Shown here piece after piece: positions 47,427-59,310 of a DNA stretch of 63,889 nucleotides. The stretch is from positions 62,001 through 125,889 of the forward strand of contig CDMY01000176.1 in NCBI GenBank assembly GCA_001179505.1, written 5' to 3'. The notes under the pieces are model-generated. The model made no database searches. It saw only the letters and a list, made by a program, of their open reading frames with translations, and was not told the DNA's origin. A program made the position numbers and the translations under genes. Every line of letters begins with the position of its first letter. The first letter of the stretch is position 1. This DNA comes from Vitrella brassicaformis CCMP3155 (taxonomy: Eukaryota > Protista > Chromerida).

Positions 47427-48552
47427 TCATGGATGAGCCATCCGTAAGGTCGAATTGCTACGATTAAGACACTCCAGCAGTCTACCGTCTTTTACACACT
47501 CTACCGTGTCCTGGTTCTCCCACAAATATACCAGCACCGTAAGATAACAATAGACAACCAGCGCCAAGCAAACAGAGGCCACGTCATGTCGAGCGAGTAG
47601 AATCAACTGTTGCAGCAGCTCGGCAGCAGCCGAACAGACAAACGACGGAATGAAAAGACCGCAGAAGATGTCTGCCTGAAGACACACGCCATGTGCCTTC
47701 TCGTCCGGTGTCCCTCCTTGTCTGGCTTGCAGCTCACCTTGAATGGCTTGCCTCTCTTCAAGAGCGAGAATGCCCAGCTCGTCCACAACCCCTCACACCT
47801 CTCTCTGAAGGTCAGGACATCATCAACGAGCCGAAGAGCTGCCTGCTTGTCCTGCGCGATGATGTCCTACATCTCCGCGGGCCGTGGCAGACCCACGAGA
47901 GGGACAAGGCCGAAGAGAGTGAATGACGATGAAGCACACGGCAATGGCGACCAGCGTCGCCTCCCTGTTTCTTGCTCCACTCTCGGAAGCTCTTCTATCA
48001 GCCGCTCGTCTTCGCAAGGCGAACCTTCATTGGTTGGTTTCAATGCCCTTTTGTCAGCTCTGCCGGTTCTTCAGCGGTGTTGCCACCCGACTGCAGCTGT
48101 TAGCGGTTGCTTCCTGCGAGGGCGGGCTGACGAACAAGGGGGCGGGCCTTTGGTGGGAGATCCGGTCTTGTTGCAGACGGTCTGCTGAGATGCTACTGCA
48201 TACCAAGCTGCCGCGCCTTCTCGAGATCTTCCATAAAGCAGCCTCTTGTGCAACATGCCCTCGATGGCTGACCGCTTTGGTCCTTTCGCCGATGTCGACA
48301 AGATCGGCCAGCTGTGGCTCTTGGACAGCCGACCTCTGCTTCACCCGCCGCTGAAGGCGTCAATGAGGGAGCCGACTCATTAGTGAGCATGGCTATGAAG
48401 AGCACCTTGCAAAAAACAGCATCTGGCAGAGAGTCATCACGGTGAGAAGCTGAGTACGACGCTGTCGAGACGATTCTTGAAGCCACCGCCTTTTTGCGAG
48501 CTTGCAAGCCCAGCGCTGGCTGGACAGTGTTTGTGGGTGCCTGGTTGTTCAT
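47427..48552 (-). pseudogene. Decayed gene fragment, unknown family
   Basis: Coding-like patches interrupted by stops, with one plausible intron (PFK|gtgag...ttcag|ADIFCGLFIP). Lies head-to-head with the OTU-HAT1 gene. Confidence 0.3.
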
Positions 48553-48604
48553 GTTTGGGACGGACGACAGAGGGCTTGGCCGTCACGCCGCCTAGGGTGC
48601 TCCC

Positions 48605-48614
48605 TGAAACCGCT
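48605..48614 (+). promoter_or_regulatory. Candidate promoter element TGAAACCGCT (copy 4)
   Basis: Ends about 26 bp upstream of the OTU-HAT1 ATG (48641). Confidence 0.5.
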
Positions 48615-48640
48615 GCTGCAGATCCCCAGCTTTGTGACAA

Positions 48641-51600
48641 ATGGGTAAGACCAAGCACACCCAGAAGAGCAAGGGCCGCCGCAGCCTCAACCGCCGCCGT
48701 CACCCTCTTCCGCACCCAACTTGGGTTCCTCTTTCGCGCCCTGGCACCCAAGTTGGGCGTCTGAGGAGCCATCTGGCGGCCTGTGGCCTCAGGATACGCT
48801 CTGTGAAGGCCGACTGCAACTGCCTGTTCCGGGCATTCGCCGACCAAATCACAGGTGGGCCTCACGGCAGCCGTGTGTCGACACCACAGGGTCAGCTCGT
48901 GTGTATGTGGGTGAGTGCGTCTGTGTGTTTTCAGGTGACCCAGATGAGCACGTTGAGTTTCGTCAGAAGGCTATGGACTACGTCGAGGCACATGCTAGCG
49001 AATTCGAGCCCTTCATGGAGGTGCGTTCTCGGCCGAAGAACACGCACTGCCACTCTGTCACATCAGGCACTGACGCATCGTGTGTGCCGGTTTCTGTCTG
49101 TGTGCTGCCATCCATCATCCCTCAGGATGGTGAGCAGCTCGACGCGTATGTGAGCCGCATGCGCCTGGACAGCGAGTGGGGCGGCCAGCAGGCGCTGCAT
49201 GCGCTCTGCCACCTGTACCAAGTCAACTGCCTGCTCCACAAGAAGGGCGTGGGGACATTGCAGTTGGACTTCTTCTCCAAGGAGTACCCCTGTGTTCAGC
49301 TCTGCCACGACGCAGGTATGATGCATGGCAGGGCAGGGGAGGCAGTGCATCAGGTGGCTGATGCGGTTTTTTGTTTCCTTCCATTTCGGCTGTCTGTGAA
49401 GGTGTCCATTATGATTCCGTGCGTCTGGCGGGCGAGAAAGGCGACGGTCCGCCGAAGAAGCTGACGATGGCCGAGTTGCTCGACTACATGGAGACCCGCG
49501 AGCACCCTGAGAAGGACCCCACCACCAAGACACACAAGGGCGGGGAGGACAGGAACGCCATTGTCAAGGAGAAGCTGTCCAAGCAGACGGCCTCTGACGA
49601 TGATGGGCCGCCGTCCAAGAAGCAGAGGCTCGAGGATCGCGTCAACACCCTTAAGAGCGTGTACTTCCACCCCTGCGAGTCTCTAAAGGACTATTACAAG
49701 CCGCCAGAGACGTTCCAGCCCTCATTCGGCCACCACTTCTTCGACACGGACCAGGCCATCATGGCCGTCGAGGAGGTCGCCCGACACGGGTCCGTCCACA
49801 TCTGCTATATCCCCGACACATTCGACGTGTTCGTGAAGGTGGAGGGCGAGAGCCCGTCCTTCCAGGCCTCCCGCGAGCGCGTCATGGAATGCCTGACCAA
49901 GGTGGACTTCCCGGGCGGCTTCTGCCCTTCAGAGCACGACTTCATCGTCAAGCTCGAGTGCCGGGCGACCCGTGGGTGGCAATTCCAGCCGCCTGGGGAG
50001 CATGTGGGGGTGTTGAGGCCCACGGCGGGTGCGGGGGACGAGCAGATCGAGATCGAGGTCAGACGGTGCACGTTTGACGAGAGCGAGTTCAAGCCGCTGC
50101 ACCGGCGGATGGAGTGGTTCCTGCACTGGTTCATCGAGGGCATGTCGGAGATCGACCAGGACGAGCGCTGGCACGTCTACCTCGCGTACAAGCGGCCCCT
50201 GGCGTCGCCCGGCAGCGTTGTCTACAGGCGCAAGCTGAGACCCCGTGCGTCAAGCGGGCGGCCGGGGTGTCTGAGCCTGTGTGGGTATGTCACCACCTAC
50301 ACATTCTGGAGCCGGTCGATGTTGGGCAGCCGCAGCCGGCTCTCGCAGTTCCTCATCTTCCCGCACTACCATAGAAAAGGTCAGTGCGATGCACTGCACG
50401 CAGACGGGGATGGGAGAGCGGCACTCACTGTGCTGTGCTGTGTGTTGTGTTGTGTTGTGTGTTGTGTGTTGTGTGTGCAGGAATTGGTAGGAAGTTGTAT
50501 CAGCTGATCTATCAGCAGAACCTGGACGATGCCGATGTCAAGGAGGTAACACCAACCCACAGAGCGCAACACCACCACACCATGAGACACGTCTTTCCCC
50601 CTCCCCCTCCCTCCCCGCCCCCTCCCTCTGTGTGTGTGATCCATCCATCCACCAGATGGCTGTCGAAGACCCTGCCCCGGCGTTCGTCCAGCTGCGTGAC
50701 GTGGTGACGGTCAAGGTAGCCATCGATCGCAACGCCGTGTCCCCCCTCGCACTCTACCCCCCACCCCCAGGGGCAGAGGTACCCAGCTCGGCATCAGCGG
50801 CCGTCCCGGCCAGCAGCGGCCTGGGCCTTACCAACGGCCAGTCCCAGCCCGAGCTCCCCCTAGACCGGACGCGCAACCGCACCCGCGCCCTCCACAAAGC
50901 CGTCAACGACGCGGGGGTGTCGAGCGGCGGGATTGGTGCAGCATCGTCGGCAGCCGCAGACGCGTCGGCGAGTGCGGCGTCTGGTGGCATGTCCCGCCGG
51001 AGCCAGAAGCGCCGGCGGAGTGTGGGGGATGGCATGGACATCGACAGCGGTGTGTCGGCGGTGGCTGCCAGGGACGTGGGTATGAGCACCAGGAGCAGGG
51101 CGAGGGGCAGGGATGGCGGCGGGGCCAGTAGCAGTAGTGCAGCAGCAGCAGCAGCAGCCGCCGCTGAGGGTGGTGGTGGTGGGAGCCATCCATCCACGGT
51201 GCAGAAGACGGTGAATCCGGATGCGGGCATCCCGACCATCGACTGCCTCGTCGCCAACCTCAAGGAAACCAAACCTCAAGCCACACGGTCGGTCGACACA
51301 GACACAGACACAGACACCTACCTTTCACACACACTATCCTCCCCTCCCTCCCTGCCTCCTGGCTGCGCATATCGTTGGCTGGCATCTGTCAATCAGGATG
51401 ACGGAGCTGCTGCAGCTCGCCCGTCTGCTACCGCTCGACCTGCCGGAAGAGATCCCGCCGGCCTACCTGGCTCCCGGCACCGCCTACCGCCGTAGTGTCG
51501 AGCAGCGGCTGCGCAAGGACATCAAGGAGCCCCATATCGTCTCGACCGACGAGGTGAGTGAGTGACGGAGGGCGGTCAGCCAGGCAGACAGGCAGACGAG

Positions 51601-52331
51601 CAGGGAGACGGGCAGTTAGGTTGGGAGGAAGGCATTAGTCATGGCCGCCGTAGAACAGTAGCACGGCAGCTGTGTGTGTGGTCACTGTCTGCACTGTTTC
51701 CCCTCTGCTGCTGTGCTGTGTGTTCGAGTAGGAGGATTTCGACTTCTTCAAAGTGTGCCACACTAAACACTCGGTACGGCACACACACCCAGACACACAC
51801 ATACAACACGACACGGCACACGCACACCACGTTCTTACATCGAGAGTAGGAGATGCGATGCGATGCGATGCGTGTAGATATACACACGAACCGTCTATGT
51901 AGAGCGTTTTTGTCGCCCATGCATTCCACCCATCCCATTACATACAGACATGATGGACGGAAGGACAGACAGCCTCAGCTGCTGGGCTCACTCGTCATTG
52001 TGTGGCGCTGTGGGTGGTTGGTGTGTGTGTGTGTGTCGCAGATGGACAAGGCCGCCCTTCAGGACGAGTATGAGAAACTCGTCACGTCTTACTTCAAGTA
52101 TGTCCATCAGACACACGCATGCACACACACACAGACGGGGATGCCACATCTCATCCGTGTGATCTCTGTCCGTTGTGTGATGGGTGCAGGTCCATCGTGA
52201 AGCTGCGCCAGATCTTCCCGCCGCCCCCACACATCAAGGCCGCCGGCAGCAACAAGAAGGCCGCGGCCACTGAGCTCAACGGGGGAGGGCCAGCCGAGAA
52301 CACGCGCAGCAAAAGACGCAAATTGGGCTGA
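48641..52331 (+). CDS. HAT1: Fusion of an OTU-family cysteine deubiquitinase and histone acetyltransferase type B catalytic subunit (HAT1)
   Basis: OTU: VKADCNCLFRAFADQI, RQKAMDYVEAH..EFEPF, WGGQQAL, HYDSV. HAT1: FQPSFGHHFF, LHRRMEWFLHWFIEGMSEIDQDERWHVY, GYVTTYTF, RSRLSQFLIFPHYHRKGIGRKLY, VEDPAPAFVQLRD. The OTU His motif and the HAT1 core lie in one uninterrupted ORF (49371-50507). Confidence 0.88.
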
Positions 52332-54329
52332 TCAAGGAGGGGGAAGACGGCAGTGCAGCGGCGGGCAGGAGGAAGGACAGCTCATCACCTTTGGCAAGGG
52401 GTGGGGGTATGTATCGCTTACGAGAGGGGTGCGTCTCGTGTGAGCTCTCTGGAGTCAGACAGCGACAAGGAAGGGGGGGGACCTCCCCCTGCATGCTCGC
52501 GCGAGCGGCGGGGGTCGGGCCGCATCTTCATCGAGTCAGACGACGACAAGTGACCATAGCACGGGACGGACAGGCATGCGGGCATTTTTAGCATGTCTGA
52601 GTCTGTCTGTTGTTGGGAGGGAGGGAGGGAGGGAGGGAGCGGTATATAGCATATGTGGCATATACATACGTACCAACGTACGTACGTAGGGGCCGCGTCG
52701 TGCCATGCCGTTGCGTCAGTCATCTGCCGTGCCGTGGGCCATGTGTGTCTGTGTGTGAGCGTATGGTGTCGGTTGTGTGTTTTGTGTTAATGAGTGATTG
52801 AGTGCCAAACGGGTGTGAGTGTCCGTCCGGCCGCTATTTGTGGTTAAGGAGAGAGGTGAGTCAAGGTCGTCTGTCCGTCCGTCTGGATGCGTGTATGTAT
52901 GCCTGCCTGTCTGTCCGTCTGGCTGCCCGTTCATTCATCATCCATCCACACTCACTCCATCACTCGATCACTGTATCCACGGCTGGCCAGCAGACCAGTT
53001 GGCTGGCCGGTCGTCTTTCTGTCTGTCTGTCTGTCTGTATGTATACGTCTGGCTGTGTCTGTCGCGACTTCCCCGAGAGCGGTGGGGAAGGTAGCGGCGG
53101 CCCAGCTTGCCTACCTGCCTAACGCTGACTCACTCAATGAATGACTTACTGACGTGACGACTTTTTCAGTCTGGTGGAACGGCATGGCATGGCGTGGCAT
53201 GGCATGGCTCCAAGTATTTCCAATCCGCCGTTGTGAGCCTTGCCCGTGTGTCGGCCGCCACGCCAGCCCTTTCTGTCTGTGAGCGGGCGGGCCGTTGCGA
53301 TGATGCGGGAAGGGCCACAGCGCACCTACTGACAGCCACACGGGGGCAGTTTTTTGTCCCATGCTCTCGGTGCGTCCAACGAACACTCCCCCTGTTTGCA
53401 CATCACATTCATGTGTTGGTTTACGCATGGCATGTGCGGGGGGACTCACGCACCATCGAAAGAGCAGAGCAGAGGAAGAGCGCTTGTTCGTTCCAACTCT
53501 TTTAAGCGGGGGGCAGGGCAGGGCAGGGCAGGGCAGGGCTGGCGGGAGAGGGAGAGGGGCGGGGCGGGGAGGGGTGTTGAGGGGCGTCAATGGTTGCATT
53601 GCGTACCTGCATACGTGTGCATGGTTGGGTGAGTGAGAGTGAGGTAATTGATGTGATGTATCGGTGGCTGGCTGGACTCTTGATTGAGAGAGAGAGATGA
53701 TTGAGAGAGAGATGATGTGCCTTTTAAGAAAGCTGATAGCTAGCGTGTATGTGATATATAGGACAATTTGTTCATTCGAGCTAGCCAACGAGCTAGCTAG
53801 ATAGACAGATCAGACACCGAACTGAGACCGACAGCGTGCGTGCTTGTCTCTCCTGATTAATGGCATGCCCAGCCCAGCCGAGTGTCTTGCCTTTTTGTGC
53901 GGCCCGTCCGTCCGTCCGATGACCTGACTGACCTGACAGTTTAGGTGTGCGATGAGTAGATAGATAGTGTACGTACTTGTGCACTGACCCGCAGAGCAGG
54001 TGTGCATGTCGCGCATGTGTGTGTGTGTGTGTGTGTGATGTGTGTGTTTGACAGGTAGCTAGAGAGAGGCAACCGGTAGTGAGTGCGTCACTTGACGCAG
54101 CAACTTGACGTGCAATGATTGTGTGAGTGAGTGGGTGAGTGGATGGATGAGTGCCTTCAGCCCATGCATATTGAATGGTAGGCAGACCGCACACACACAC
54201 ACGACACACGGATGCACACTTACACACACACATGATGGCACACGGCTTTGATTCCTGTGCATCGTCTGTTGGTGTGTCACAGGTTGCGCGGCTCACCGGA
54301 CAGACCAAATCATATGAGTGTGGAGGGTG

Positions 54330-54860
54330 TGTAGGACGAGCCACATCGAGTTTTCAAATCACTGGGCGGCCGACAACGACTGGATGAACACGGTGTCCGT
54401 TCTTCGGCTGGAGGCCCTCATCAACCAGCTGCTGGAGACCACCGGTACGAATGCCTGTACTCAAAGACACACACATCGCTGGAACCAACCCATGCCGAGT
54501 TCTAATCTCTTATATGCTATGCCTGCCGAGCAGAGAAGGAGAAGCAGAAGGACGTCAAGAAGAAGACGGGCAAGGAGGGCGAGCGTGAGCAGAGAGAGGG
54601 GAAGCACTGTCATGTGTGTGAATGGTACGGATCTGTGTATGTGAATGATGTGTTGCTGTGGATATCAGGGGCGTCGAGCGTGTGGGATAGGGTGGAGCCG
54701 CCAATGGCTGAGGGGCCGTCGCTGGGCCAAGGTAAACCCCCATTCACACGGCAGGGGGCAGAGAGAGGCGACTGACATCCATCCATCTGTGTGCATGTGA
54801 CCTTCGTGGTTCTCTGTCCTTTCTGTCCCTTCAGGAGGTGTCAGGGTGTCAAAGCGCCAG
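54330..54860 (+). repeat. Inverted, degenerate paralogous copy of the 41730-42320 segment
   Basis: HIEFSNHWAADNDWMNTVSVLRLEALINQLLE versus CIEFLNQWAADND...WMNKVPVPRLEALINQLLE. Flanking intron-like sequence (CATCCATCCATCTGTG...CATGTGACCTTCGTGG) also matches in reverse complement. Confidence 0.8.
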
Positions 54861-56124
54861 CACGTGGTCCCTCACGGGCGAAGATCGAACAGTCCTATTC
54901 TTCCATCCATCACGGTGAGCAGACACACACGCTCTCTCTCTCTCTCTCTCATATGGATGGATGGATGGCTGCATTGCATTGGTGTGTGTGTCCTCTCTCC
55001 CTCCAAGTGCGTGTGCTTTGGTTGTCAGACCCTAGATAGTCAAGGAGGGCCTTCTTTTTTGTGTGTGGCTGTGGGCTGCCTTGAGCATGACGCTTGCATG
55101 TGGCTGTGATGCCGTGTGTTTTGGGTCGTGTGGGATGGATGGATGGATGGAACGGATTGTCGGCTGTGCGCTCGCGAGTGGGACGAGTGTGTGGATGGGT
55201 GGGCGGGAGGGAAGGAGGACAGGGCAGACGTACTACCTTCAAGGCAGGTCTACGAGGCTGTCTGTATGGTATGTGTTCGATTTGGTTCCTCACATCTGAC
55301 TCGCATTGTGAGAGAGGAAAGCATTGCACTTAACTGGCAGAGAGAGAGATATAGAGTAGACAACATGAGTTCACTTCAGACAGTCGGCATTTAGTCAGCT
55401 GACCTGACTGACCTGACTGACAGACAGCCTGGCGATAGCCTCGCCCACTGGTGTGCGTGGAATTCATGGCGTGTGTGTGATGATTGCAATGATGCGATGA
55501 TTTAGGCCCACATGACACAACTTGGCACGGACACACGAGCACTTGAACACAGAATGACTTGAACCGGTACCGGAATCCACACGCACACACCCCCTGACGG
55601 CCAACAGTCCCACTCAGGAAGTGCAGCACAGCACTCCATCCCCCTCCGTCCATCTGCGTCCGCTTCACGCAGATTCCATGCTCACAACCACACACTCGCC
55701 GCCCGGCGCCCGAGGCCATCACACGCCGAATGAAGGTGTCCTTCCTTTCTCCTGACACACATTGCACACCGAATCATCTGCCTCCGTACGTACCTCGCTG
55801 CAGTGCAATAATGTGATTTTGGCATGGACATCCTTGAGACCCACCACAACCTGAACAAGACAACATGACAGTCCCTTCCCTTGGGGCCAATGAGGGTGGC
55901 ATTGCCCTTCTGTTCAAGTCTGCTCCGTGTCTGGCACAGGTGCCGTGCTTGGGGTGCGGGAGCAGACTGCAGCTGCCGATGGGGAAGGACAGATGGATGG
56001 GCAAACTCTTCCCACGAGGCTCCAATCGGGGAGCGATAAAGGCTGATGGAAACAAGAGGCGTCATGAGTTGGAGGAGATCTGCGCTGGATCTGTGGCCAC
56101 TGAGGTGCTGAGAGGCTGAGAACG

Positions 56125-58706
56125 ATGGGTGGAGGGGACAGCGTGTCGAGAGAGCGGTTCAATCTGCGAGCTGAGCTTGCAGACCGATCGGAGGGCAGGA
56201 AGAGGGCTCTTGAACGCGAAGGCAGCACACGTCCATGGCACAGGCAAACAGAAGGAGAGATACTCATCATCACTTGACGGAATGGGTTTCGTTGCTGTCA
56301 GGCACCTGCAAGTGAGCCCGGGGCTGCGCCACAGCTGACGCAGCACAGGGCTGCTGAGGCGAGTGTGGAGAAAGGAACAAACGCTGCGGAACGAAAGGTC
56401 GGGCCATGGAAGATGGCAGAGAAGCAGCCACTGCTTGGTGTGGATGGACGCCTTTCGTCGCAGGACGACAAGGCGCATCGGTGCCTTCGTCTGACCCATG
56501 TCAGCGGCAAGCCACCCACCGACGAAGGACCGGTGAGAAAAAAAGTAGAAAAACAATCTGAGAGCCTGCCAGGGGCTATGCACACACGTTCATAGGGAGT
56601 GAACTGTCTGTCTGTCCGTTCTTCTTATCTTTTGCTCGTCAGGCGCAGTACCGTATGCTTGACTGCCTCCCTCGCATCTTCGGCTGCCTCCGCTGCGCAG
56701 ACATCCACTCATTCAGCCGCACCAAGCTGTGGAAGGAGGCCCTCGCTCACCACACACACCTGGCCATCGACGCATCAGCAGACGACCGCTGTTTCTGGGA
56801 CCGCATCCCTCTCAGCGCCGCCAGTCGCATCGGCGAGTGCATGAGGGAGCTGCAGTCCATCACTGTCGGCTACCCGTGTGGGTGCCCGCGATGGTGTCTG
56901 GATGTGTTGGTCTCGCTGGTTGAGGCCCATGGGAAAGGCCAGCAGGAGTGGCTCTATAAGGAGGGCAGTGGGCGCAAGAGGCGCAAGGACGACGTGCGCG
57001 GGACCCTTCGGTCGATCACTTTCAAGATGATGCGCCTGTCTGGGGAGGGGGTCGAGGCTCTCAAGCGAACGGCTTCAGAGCTCCCTCCTGTCCCGGCCAC
57101 TGCAACGATGCTCGACGCCCTGACCTCCATCAAGGGGCTGGCGTCGAGAATGGGTGAGGAGTTCTCCGCCCGCCACTGGGAGCTGCCCCTGCTGAGCGAG
57201 ATCCGTGCGCAGCGGGGCGGAGACTTCGACTTCGACCCCGCCGTCCTGGCGGGTTTCGCCAAGACATCCACCAGTCTGCGGGTCATCGACGCGCCCCTGG
57301 ACTTTGTCGAGTGGGTGGCTGCGCTGGCGGCAATGCCAAAGACATCGGCGCCGCTGGCTAACCTGCAAGTACTCAGGACCCTCGCGCTACATGCTCTCGA
57401 AGGGCCTCCTGACAATGACGCGATCGGCACTGGACTGGACAGCCTGCAGGTAGACAGGACGACAGGACCACACCCGCACACCCAACCCCTTGGCCCGTGA
57501 CTGCCCACCTGTGTGTCTGGTTCTGCTGTGGTGGCCAGAAGACTTTGCTCTCCCGTGGCGGCGATGGCGGCTTTCTCCGAGCCATCGAGTTCACCTTTGT
57601 CGACGAGATTGATGCTGACTGCTTGGGGGTGGTAGACGGCCGCATCTTCACCGCTCTGTCGCACCTCGAGAGTTTCGTCAAGGCCGTCGGCAAGTCCAGA
57701 GACATTTCCGTCACCTTCACCGGCCGTGTCGGGGCAGTTGACGTCGCCCTGCTGCACAGCGTCCCCACCAACCCACCCCAATCGCCGTTTGTCATCAAGC
57801 AACTGCTGCACTTGGCTTCGCTTGCGTCCGATGTCGTGGTGACCATCACTCCAGAAGACGTCAGCACGCCGCCCACGAACCTCAGCGAGGCAGCCAAGGA
57901 GATCGCGTCACTCCTGGTCTTCAAGACGGCCATGAACATCAACGTGAAGGACGCCGACGGCTGGGACCCGCCTGATGAGTGGCCGCCTCCCGGCCATGTG
58001 GCCCCCACAGTGCAGCACCTGCCCCATGACGCCTTCCCCATGGCAGAATACATCTGCATTCAAGGCGGCAAGGTCGGCGGAGTCATCGCCGGCCGGCAGC
58101 TGGCCAAGCGTGCACGAATGGCGGATATCAGTATCTTGGGGCATGCTATCTCTGGGCAGCTGCCGGAGGGGGAGGTCATGCGCATCCTTCAGAGCATCGG
58201 CAGTGGCGTGCGGTTGGAGAAGCTGCGGGTGTATGTGAGCATTGTCAACGGCGTCAGCCTCAACTGGGGAGGAAAGGTTCCGCGAGCGAGGGAGATGGAA
58301 ATATTCGCGAGTGGTAAGCGCAGCAGAGAAGGACATGAGACGACGCGCGACGGCTGACTTATCGCCCACCTGTCGGTGGCTTCATGTAGGCGTGCATGAG
58401 ATGAGCCCCCTCAACGCCATCTGCGGGAGGATTGCGGCGCTGCTCAACCATGGCGGCCTTGATGTGATCAAGGTCGAGTTCACCGAGCTCAATCACACCA
58501 CCCGTGCAGCCCTCTTCGCATCGATGCGCAAGCACATGCAGGACGGGGACACTATCGAGGGGCACGATGGGGCCGTGTTCGACGTCGACCTGTTCGCCAA
58601 AGACCAAACAGCATCGCAGGAGCTCTTTGGCGTCACACTTGCAGAGGTGCGGGCGAAGGCATTCGGGTCCTGCCAGAGGGTCATCATCACTGCGGAGAGG
58701 AGGTGA
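56125..58706 (+). CDS. Lineage-expanded hypothetical protein (F-box-like N-terminus, LRR-like alpha/beta body); 5' exons uncertain
   Basis: Long coding-biased ORFs 56655-57500, 57497-58357 and ~58390-58706 joined by GT-AG introns near 57451-57537 and 58315-58389. Motif WCLDVLVSLVEAHG...GTLRSITF. The upstream exons (56125-56560) do not splice cleanly. Confidence 0.6.
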
Positions 58707-59310
58707 GAAATTACACACACAGTCGCGACACGAGTAGAGAGATGAGTGGCGGTGTTGATGGAGATGACGGGGTTCGTGTCCACTTACTTGCCGCCCTGAT
58801 GTTTGCAGGTTTGAGAGCTCTTGGGCGTGGGGCATAGCCAAGAGAGGCAAGCACAGACCTTGGGGGGAGTGATGCAGTCAGGTGTTGGCTAGGCAGGGAC
58901 ATAGGCAGGCAGGCAGGCAGGCACCTAGGTCCTGTGCTGTGCTGTGCTGTACTGTACCGTGCTATCTGTGGTTCTTGGCACAGGTGTGCACTGTTTACTT
59001 GTGGGGGAGTGGGTAGTGTCAGATGTGTGTGCTGTGTTGTGTTGGGTCAGATAGGGGAAAGGGTAGGATGGTTTGTCCACGGTGGGTGGTTGCTGGACTG
59101 GTAGGGGGACGCAGAACGAAAACCTTGCGGGATACTTACTAACCGATTGGACTGCACTCGCCCTGGCTGCTGCCCCTGCCGGGCGACTCTTGACGACTGG
59201 CTGACTCACCGCAAGACGACTGCATGTGTGAACGAGAGGCTTAATCATGACGTGTGTTGCACGAGAGAGATGTATGGTTGACATTGCTCGTCGTTTCAAC
59301 AACAAAAATC

